In this document: positions 25,976 through 32,000 of the stretch, in pieces | How positions within the stretch are numbered: the first letter of the stretch is position 1 | Layout: the number at the start of each line of letters is the position of its first letter | DNA from: an uncultured Erysipelotrichaceae bacterium | Lineage (GTDB): Bacteria > Bacillota_I > Bacilli_A > Erysipelotrichales > Erysipelotrichaceae | Assembly: GCA_942493105.1 (NCBI GenBank) | Contig: OW818668.1 | Location: forward strand, 1,560,001 to 1,592,000 | Length of the DNA: 32,000 nt | Direction of reading: 5' to 3' | Notes under the pieces: generated by a model | What the model saw: only the letters and a program-made list of their open reading frames with translations | Told to the model about the DNA's origin: nothing | Databases searched by the model: none | Translations under genes and position numbers: made by a program

Positions 25976-27634
25976 ATGATCCAAAAATTAACCATAAAAA
26001 ACTTTATCCTTATCAATGAAGTCAGCTTAGATTTTAAGCCAGGTTTTAGTGTATTTACTGGTGAAACTGGTGCTGGGAAATCGATTTTAATTGACGCGAT
26101 CGGGATTTTATTAGGCGATCGTTTCCTTAGCGATGCAGTTGGCAACGATGGTTCAAAAGCCATCATAGAAGGTGTTTTTAAGGTTCACCGTGAATCGATT
26201 CAGACTTGGTTGGATGAACGTAGCATTAGTGCTAAATCACTTATAACCATCACTAGAGAGTGCGATAAAGAAGGGAAATCTTCATCTAAACTCAATGGTC
26301 AAAGCATTACAGTAAGTGCTCTAAAAGAATTAGGTTCACTGATGATCGATATACACAATCAACATGATACCCAATATTTATTGAACGTTAAATATCATTT
26401 AGGATTACTAGATCGATTTGTAAATGAGAAGAGCTTGTTAAATGAACTTAAACTATCGTACCAACAATATGATCATCTTCGAAAAGATATCCTAAATAAA
26501 AAATCAAGTACACTAAATACAGATGATTTGGAGTTTTTGACTTTCCAAATCAATGAAATCGAATCAGCTCACCTTATTGAAGGTGAAGAACAAGAACTTG
26601 AACAAAAACATAAAGAAATGATGGCTTTTGAAAAAATTGCCACACATCTTGGTCAAGCTTTAACACTTTTAGACGAAACAGATGGGGTCAGTGAAAAGCT
26701 ATATGAAGCCATTCGTGAACTCAAAGTAATATCTGAAAGTGAACGCATCATAGAAATAACCAATGCGATCCAATCTTTATATTATGAACTGACTGATAAA
26801 ATTGCAGATCTTAACCAAAGCAAAGGTTTACTGAGCTTCAATGAAGAAGATGTAAATGCAATTCAAGAACGATTATTCTTAATCAGTAAAATGAGAAAGA
26901 AATATGGCAATTCAATTAAAGCTGTTTTGGATAAAAAACACGAACTTGAAGATCGAGTTGCTTTAATCAACAATCGTGATGAAATATTAGCAAAACTTGA
27001 AAAAGAAGCCAACGAAGCATATGCTAAATACAAACTTTTGGCTGATCAAGTGAGCGTTTTACGTCAGACCAAAGCTAAAGAACTTGAAAACTTGGTTCTA
27101 AGAGAATGTGTTGATCTTTACCTTGAAAAAGCACAATTTAAGATTATTTTCAATACTGGTAATGATACGACACTTGGATATGATGAAGTTGAGTTCCTCG
27201 TCTCGATGAATCCTGGAGAAATATTAAGACCTTTAGTTAAAGTCGCAAGCGGGGGAGAATTATCTCGTTTAATGCTTGGACTGAAAGTCATTTTTAATGA
27301 TCTTCAACAAATTGATACGGTTATCTTTGATGAGATCGATTCCGGAGTTTCAGGTAGGATCGCAACAGCAATTGGTCAAAAAATGCATAAAATCGCACAT
27401 GCTTCACAAGTATTCTCTGTCACTCATTTAGGTCAAGTAGCAGCCTGCGCTTCACAGCATTATTTGGTTTCTAAAGACCAAGGTTTGATATCGACCTCAA
27501 CTTCTATTTCACTTTTAAACTATGACCAACGGATTCACGAACTGAGTTTGATTTCTACAGGAACAGCTTCAGATTTCTCAAAGAATGCGGCCAAAGAACT
27601 ATTGGACACCTTACAAGCACAAGTGAGAGGGTAA
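25976..27634 (+). CDS. recN: DNA repair protein RecN
   Basis: 552 aa. N-terminal Walker A GETGAGKS, long coiled-coil middle, C-terminal ASGGELSRLMLGLK signature and FDEIDSGVSG Walker B. Confidence 0.95.
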   Translation: MIQKLTIKNFILINEVSLDFKPGFSVFTGETGAGKSILIDAIGILLGDRFLSDAVGNDGSKAIIEGVFKVHRESIQTWLDERSISAKSLITITRECDKEGKSSSKLNGQSITVSALKELGSLMIDIHNQHDTQYLLNVKYHLGLLDRFVNEKSLLNELKLSYQQYDHLRKDILNKKSSTLNTDDLEFLTFQINEIESAHLIEGEEQELEQKHKEMMAFEKIATHLGQALTLLDETDGVSEKLYEAIRELKVISESERIIEITNAIQSLYYELTDKIADLNQSKGLLSFNEEDVNAIQERLFLISKMRKKYGNSIKAVLDKKHELEDRVALINNRDEILAKLEKEANEAYAKYKLLADQVSVLRQTKAKELENLVLRECVDLYLEKAQFKIIFNTGNDTTLGYDEVEFLVSMNPGEILRPLVKVASGGELSRLMLGLKVIFNDLQQIDTVIFDEIDSGVSGRIATAIGQKMHKIAHASQVFSVTHLGQVAACASQHYLVSKDQGLISTSTSISLLNYDQRIHELSLISTGTASDFSKNAAKELLDTLQAQVRG

Positions 27635-28521
27635 TGAACTGGGAAAATGCCATTCGTCAGTATATTGATCATTTGACATATGTTGAACGCAAAGCAAAAC
27701 TGACACAGACTTCATATTTAAGTGATCTAAAACAAGTACAACTCTATTTTGAGTCTTTGAGCATTGAGTTTGATCAGGTAGAAACATCTCATTTAAACCG
27801 TTTTATAGAATCAGAAACAAAACTTAAAAGCAATGCTTCTATGCTTAGGTTGATTTCTAGTATCAAAGGGCTTTATCATTTTCATAATCGTCTTGATGAA
27901 AAAATAAGTGATCCCACAATAACGATGCTCTCCATCAAAAAAACGAGACGTTATCCTAAAACGGTCAGTACAGTTGAAATAAATCAGTTGTTAGAAAGCA
28001 AAGAGGGTGGTCATTTAGATTTAGAGTTGACCATCATTGATCTATTATATTCATGTGGGTTAAGAGTTACCGAACTCGTTACTTTAAAACTTAACCAAGT
28101 CTTTCTGGATGATGGCTACTTACGAATCTTAGGTAAAGGCAATAAGGAAAGAATGATACCGATGGGGAAGTTAACCGTATCCAATCTTCGTCACTACATC
28201 ACTACGACTCGTGCGATTTGGATCAAAAACAAGACAGAGAATGTGTTTATTACCCCAAAAGGCAAGCCAATTACTCGTCAATACGTTTATACGATGTTGG
28301 TTGCTAAAGAAAAGGCATTAGGACTAGATCATCATATCAGTCCTCATAAATTGAGACATAGTTTCGCAACATCGCTTCTGAATGGCGGTGCAGACTTAAG
28401 AGTCGTTCAAGAATTATTAGGTCATTCTGATATCTCTACGACACAAATTTATACGCACATTGAAGAAAACAGATTAAAATCTGCTTACGATAAGATTCAC
28501 CCAAAACGAAAAGGAGATTAA
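27634..28521 (+). CDS. xerD: Tyrosine site-specific recombinase, XerD-like
   Basis: 295 aa. Catalytic residues in [31 protein letters not shown]. 1-nt overlap with the recN stop. xerD-deoB adjacency as in Bacillus (ripX-drm). Confidence 0.85.
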   Translation: MNWENAIRQYIDHLTYVERKAKLTQTSYLSDLKQVQLYFESLSIEFDQVETSHLNRFIESETKLKSNASMLRLISSIKGLYHFHNRLDEKISDPTITMLSIKKTRRYPKTVSTVEINQLLESKEGGHLDLELTIIDLLYSCGLRVTELVTLKLNQVFLDDGYLRILGKGNKERMIPMGKLTVSNLRHYITTTRAIWIKNKTENVFITPKGKPITRQYVYTMLVAKEKALGLDHHISPHKLRHSFATSLLNGGADLRVVQELLGHSDISTTQIYTHIEENRLKSAYDKIHPKRKGD

Positions 28522-28522
28522 T

Positions 28523-29701
28523 ATGAATTATAAAAGAGTATTTATTATTGTTATGGATTCACTTGGCGTTGGTGCAAGCAAAGATGCTGCAGAATATGGC
28601 GATGTAGGATCTGATACTTTTGGACACATCGCAGAACGTTATGCATTAAATATTCCCAACCTACAAAAATTAGGTATCTCTAATCTACACCCTTTAAAAG
28701 GCGTGGAGGCTGCTAAAAATCCATTGGCTTATTACACTAAACTTTCTGAATTAAGCCTTGGAAAAGACACCATGACGGGACATTGGGAATTAATGGGACT
28801 TTTTATCGACAAACCATTCATCACATTCACAGACACAGGATTTCCTAAAGAATTACTTGATGAATTGAGCTTAAGAACCGGACATACCATCATAGGGAAT
28901 AAATCAGCTAGTGGAACCGAGATTTTAGATGAATTGGGCGAAGAACATATGAAGACAAACGCAATGATTGTCTATACTTCAGCAGATTCAGTTTTACAAA
29001 TTGCTGCTCATGAAGAAACATTTGGCCTACAAGAATTATATAAAGCATGCGAAATCGCTCGTGAACTTACCATGAAACCGGAATGGCGTGTCGGTCGAAT
29101 CATTGCTCGTCCATTCATTGGCCCTCGAAAAGGGGAGTTCAAGCGGACCAGCAATCGTCATGATTACGCACTCAAACCTTTTGGGAATACAGTCCTTGAT
29201 TCACTCAAAGATCAAAAATTTGATGTCATAAGTGTAGGTAAAATCAAAGATATATTTGATGGGGAAGGCATAACTGAGGCATATAAATCGAAGTCTAATG
29301 AAGACGGAATGAATATTACGATCGGTTTGGCAGATAAACCTTTTAAAGGCTTATGTTTTGTTAACTTAGTCGATTTTGATGCATTATGGGGGCATCGTAG
29401 AAATCCTGAAGGATATGGTAGGGAAATAGAAATTTTTGATCGACAACTAGGAATATTGTTAGAAAAGATTAATGATGATGATTTAGTTATTTTAACGGCT
29501 GATCATGGTAATGACCCAACCTTTAAAGGAACAGATCATACCAGAGAGCAAATACCAGTCATATTTTACAGTAAGAGTTTAAAAGGCAATGGACTGTTAG
29601 ATGAAAGTAATTGTTTTGGAGCTGTAGGTGCTACTGTAGCTGATAATTTTAGAGTTCAACTACCAGAGCACGGAATTTCATATCTAGATCAACTCATTTA
29701 G
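28523..29701 (+). CDS. deoB: Phosphopentomutase
   Basis: 392 aa. RBS AAGGAGA. N-terminal [12 protein letters not shown] and C-terminal TADHGNDPT metalloenzyme motifs. Confidence 0.95.
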   Translation: MNYKRVFIIVMDSLGVGASKDAAEYGDVGSDTFGHIAERYALNIPNLQKLGISNLHPLKGVEAAKNPLAYYTKLSELSLGKDTMTGHWELMGLFIDKPFITFTDTGFPKELLDELSLRTGHTIIGNKSASGTEILDELGEEHMKTNAMIVYTSADSVLQIAAHEETFGLQELYKACEIARELTMKPEWRVGRIIARPFIGPRKGEFKRTSNRHDYALKPFGNTVLDSLKDQKFDVISVGKIKDIFDGEGITEAYKSKSNEDGMNITIGLADKPFKGLCFVNLVDFDALWGHRRNPEGYGREIEIFDRQLGILLEKINDDDLVILTADHGNDPTFKGTDHTREQIPVIFYSKSLKGNGLLDESNCFGAVGATVADNFRVQLPEHGISYLDQLI

Positions 29702-29735
29702 TCTCGTAATATTGATATTAGACCTATATTCTGTA

Positions 29736-29764
29736 AAGAAGGGAGCCTAGAAAGCTCTTTTCTT
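29736..29764. terminator. Hairpin between convergent deoB and the 495-aa gene (probable bidirectional terminator)
   Basis: AAGAAGGGAGC-CTAGAAA-GCTCTTTTCTT, an 11-bp stem that includes two G-U pairs. Confidence 0.6.
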
Positions 29765-29823
29765 ACTTTAATCCACATTATTGATTTAAATATTACATAA
29801 TATACATTATGCGAAGTATACAA

Positions 29824-31311
29824 TTATTGAATTATTGTGGTTTTTAATGATAATATTTCGTGTAAAAGACTATTTAATCGTTCTATTCTGTTTATCCAAA
29901 GAATTGGTATGCTTTCATTATTAAAAAGATTATTTTTAGATACAAATCTAAATTTACTTTCCATTTTAGAATTGTCAATCACGTTTATATTAATGCATTT
30001 GTATGAGATGGCTCTTTTAGAATCCATGACGCTGTAACACAGTTCTTGTTTTGTTAAAATCGCTGTATTGATTTCATTTAAAACTATTATTGAATTCGTT
30101 AAATCACCATCCTCAAGATCATTGGCAGTCACTTCTTTCGTTTCATCAAAATTTGAGTACTGTAAAACCGTTTTATCTTGAGCTGTAATAGTTGGAGGAT
30201 TGTTGTTTAAGCCAACAACTGTAACTAATATTGTTTTTCTGTCAAAATAACCATACTTATCCTGTACGTAGTATGTTACTTGATATATACCTGGCAGATC
30301 TCGATATTGACTTGATTCTATAACGATTTTACTCGTTAAATCACCATCCTCTAAATCGTAACTCTTCGCATAATCTAATAGATTTATGCTATTTCCAACC
30401 AATACTTCAAAATTTGAGACTTGTAATGTCGGTTTTTGATTGATTAATACAGAATTGATTTCTAAAGGTGATCCGCTATATTCAACAAATATTCCTGATA
30501 TCCAAACTGGTGTAATGGAAGTTCCTTCTACGATTCGCCTTCTTGATTCAACACAGACATCTAACTTTGACTTAACTTGATAATAAGTTTGATTATTTGA
30601 TTTAAATCGTGCTAAAACATTTGTGTAAACTGAATTTAATTTGAAATATAGTTTATTTGTATATGTTGTTGAACAATTTGTGCCTAAAGCCCATACTGTC
30701 GCTGTTTTTGATGGACCATTACGAGCATAAATCGGATTATCTAGTACTTTAAAATCAGTATCTTCTAAAGTAGATATTATGGAGTAAAGATAATCCCCTA
30801 TTTTTAAGGTTGTTGATTCTTCCATAGGATAATATAAGGGTGTTTTTAAATAAGTCTGTGATTTTTTAGCATAAACCAGAATATTAGTGCTGTATCTAAC
30901 ACCTTTTTGAAAATTGCTAAGTGGAATTGTTGCTACAAATCCAACATATTCAAAGTAATAATTACATGTGCTTTGATGATAGACGTTTTCTAAGCAAAAA
31001 TCCAAACCAGCATTCAAATATGAGCTTGTCATACTGATATTGGTCAAGCTTGCATTAATCACAAATGTATTAGAAGTACTAATAAATTCAATGGCAATCT
31101 CATGATCTGTACTATTTCTAAAATGCTGATTCTTTTTTATAAATGCCCAACCGCTAATCGTAACAGATTGAGCATTAATCACTGTATCACTGATCTCATA
31201 GTTTAGGAACTCTTTGGTGGTCATCGTAGGAACTAAAGCTTTAGTATGAGTAATTGTAGGGAAAAGTAATAAAAGACTGCTTAAAATGACGTAAAAGGTC
31301 TTGTGATTCAT
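29824..31311 (-). CDS. Secreted protein: unknown N-terminal domain plus two DUF5011-type bacterial Ig-like repeats plus a short C-terminal tail
   Basis: 495 aa. Type-I signal peptide MNHKTFYVILSSLLLLFPTITHTKA. No lipobox, LPXTG or TM anchor. Two repeats carry the DLEDGDLT...Y.V.Y.V.D motif. Its ATG overlaps the stop of the upstream ORF (ATGA). Confidence 0.75.
   Translation of the reverse strand: MNHKTFYVILSSLLLLFPTITHTKALVPTMTTKEFLNYEISDTVINAQSVTISGWAFIKKNQHFRNSTDHEIAIEFISTSNTFVINASLTNISMTSSYLNAGLDFCLENVYHQSTCNYYFEYVGFVATIPLSNFQKGVRYSTNILVYAKKSQTYLKTPLYYPMEESTTLKIGDYLYSIISTLEDTDFKVLDNPIYARNGPSKTATVWALGTNCSTTYTNKLYFKLNSVYTNVLARFKSNNQTYYQVKSKLDVCVESRRRIVEGTSITPVWISGIFVEYSGSPLEINSVLINQKPTLQVSNFEVLVGNSINLLDYAKSYDLEDGDLTSKIVIESSQYRDLPGIYQVTYYVQDKYGYFDRKTILVTVVGLNNNPPTITAQDKTVLQYSNFDETKEVTANDLEDGDLTNSIIVLNEINTAILTKQELCYSVMDSKRAISYKCININVIDNSKMESKFRFVSKNNLFNNESIPILWINRIERLNSLLHEILSLKTTIIQ
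29977..30198 (-). repeat. Ig-like (DUF5011-type) domain repeat 2, aa ~372-445
   Basis: PPTITAQDKTVLQYSNFDE..ANDLEDGDLTNSIIV...CYSVMDSKRAISYKCININV. Shares a 19-nt exact DNA stretch (TCGTTAAATCACCATCCTC on the + strand) with repeat 1. Confidence 0.6.
30214..30432 (-). repeat. Ig-like (DUF5011-type) domain repeat 1, aa ~294-366
   Basis: PTLQVSNFEVLVGNSINLLDYAKSYDLEDGDLTSKIVIES...GIYQVTYYVQDKYGYFDRKTILVTV. Confidence 0.6.
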
Positions 31312-31706
31312 ATTTTTCTAACTCTAAAGACAAATATCGTAAAGATACAACCAACGATCATTAAAATGATCGGAATCCCATAAGGTTGAATAAGAGTTTT
31401 AGATTGAATTGGTAAATTAATGTCCAGTAGACTTGATTCTGTCTGTGTTTTGCAACTTTCATTCCACTTAAGCGACAAAGTATCGATCACTGAATTATTC
31501 TTAACATGTTTTAGGATCGTAAAGCGTTGATCGATGCCAACCATTAATCCATTGGTATTTTGAATCATAAAAGGTTGATCAGAAACGATCAACTCCCCTT
31601 CTTTTAATCCTTCAAGATAGACTTTACTAAAACCGCAATCTCCATACAATAATTCAGGTATTGATTCATGATTTTGTAGGTTTAAAGTGATGTTGTTCAT
31701 ATTCAT
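31308..31706 (-). CDS. Hypothetical 132-aa protein with a single C-terminal transmembrane helix and a basic tail
   Basis: No N-terminal signal peptide. C-terminus reads GIPIILMIVGCIFTIFVFRVRKI. ATGA coupling to the downstream 495-aa gene. No SD. A TG+TAGATT -10-like element (31722-31715) lies 8 nt upstream of the ATG. Confidence 0.6.
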   Translation of the reverse strand: MNMNNITLNLQNHESIPELLYGDCGFSKVYLEGLKEGELIVSDQPFMIQNTNGLMVGIDQRFTILKHVKNNSVIDTLSLKWNESCKTQTESSLLDINLPIQSKTLIQPYGIPIILMIVGCIFTIFVFRVRKI

Positions 31707-31733
31707 ACATAAGTAATCTACATCACTTTCCCT

Positions 31734-31756
31734 AAAAAAAGGTCCCTTAAGGGACC
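31734..31756 (-). terminator. Intrinsic terminator of the upstream membrane-protein gene
   Basis: Perfect 16-nt palindrome GGTCCCTTAAGGGACC, followed on the minus strand by TTTTTTT. Confidence 0.8.
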
Positions 31757-31760
31757 AATA

Positions 31761-32000
31761 TTATCTTCTTCTACCTCTTATAACAAGTAAACGCATAATC
31801 TGAAGCAAGGATGCAGCAATTCCAGCAATATAAGTCATGGCTGCAGCCGATAACATCGCTTTTGAATCAGCTACTTCATCATCGTTGATATAGTGTCCTT
31901 CAGCTAGATTCACTAATGCTCTTTTTGATGCATCGAATTCTAAAGGTAAGGTTACCAATTGAAAGGTTGCGATAATAACAAGCATTGCTAAACCAGCAAA
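31761..32000 (-). CDS. Integral membrane protein, C-terminal part (possibly Bax-inhibitor-1/YccA-like); 5' end lies beyond the window
   Basis: The frame stays open to base 32000 (FAGLAMLVIIATFQLV...). Hydrophobic segments end in LLVIRGRRR. The family assignment rests only on a loose resemblance to BI-1 C-termini. Confidence 0.5.
   Translation of the reverse strand, partial: FAGLAMLVIIATFQLVTLPLEFDASKRALVNLAEGHYINDDEVADSKAMLSAAAMTYIAGIAASLLQIMRLLVIRGRRR

Noticed and set aside
27634-28521. The tyrosine recombinase considered as a marker of an integrated mobile element
   Set aside because: It has a full XerD-type catalytic set. It is translationally linked to recN and deoB in Bacillus-like synteny. 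There are no flanking att-like repeats, phage genes or tRNA.
29837-30037. 66-aa + strand ORF opposite the 3' end of the 495-aa gene. The short + ORFs at 15137-15322, 15723-15917, 16072-16332, 16557-16748 and 17392-17664 are similar.
   Set aside because: They are antisense to well-supported genes or lie inside the riboswitch leader. None has an RBS or recognisable motifs.
30098-30354. 19-nt exact DNA repeat (TCGTTAAATCACCATCCTC) inside the 495-aa gene, considered as a recombination or phase-variation substrate
   Set aside because: It simply encodes the conserved EDGDLT motif of the two Ig-like domain repeats. The two copies are direct and in-frame. There are no homopolymer or SSR tracts nearby.

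Overview
This window is a low-GC chromosomal segment of a Firmicutes-like organism (Bacillus-type gene order; possibly the Erysipelotrichia, Acholeplasma or Izemoplasma lineages). It uses the standard genetic code: TGA is the stop codon for rnc, nusB and the 132-aa ORF. Most of it is conserved housekeeping synteny. In order: yloV (5'-truncated) and recG; rnc, a GltD-like oxidoreductase and polC (tightly coupled); rimP-nusA-ylxR-ylxQ-infB-rbfA; a 4.2-kb block on the opposite strand (orphan radical SAM/SPASM protein, a polar amino-acid ABC operon behind a lysine-riboswitch-like leader, a TtcA-like PP-loop ATPase); truB-ribF; a second polar amino-acid ABC operon behind a clear T-box leader whose specifier reads CGU (Arg); an Asp23-like gene; nusB-xseA-xseB-ispA; recN-xerD-deoB. 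The window ends with a visibly more AT-rich reverse-strand two-gene module (a 132-aa C-terminally anchored protein coupled to a 495-aa secreted protein with two Ig-like repeats) and a partial membrane-protein gene. I found no rRNA, tRNA, CRISPR array, transposase, phage gene or recognisable defence or toxin-antitoxin gene. I cannot point to a convincing novel multi-gene system. The best candidates for undescribed biology are the terminal surface module, the orphan radical SAM/SPASM gene, and several RNA-level or leaderless regulatory arrangements. All calls come from reading the sequence and from remembered family motifs; no database search was run.
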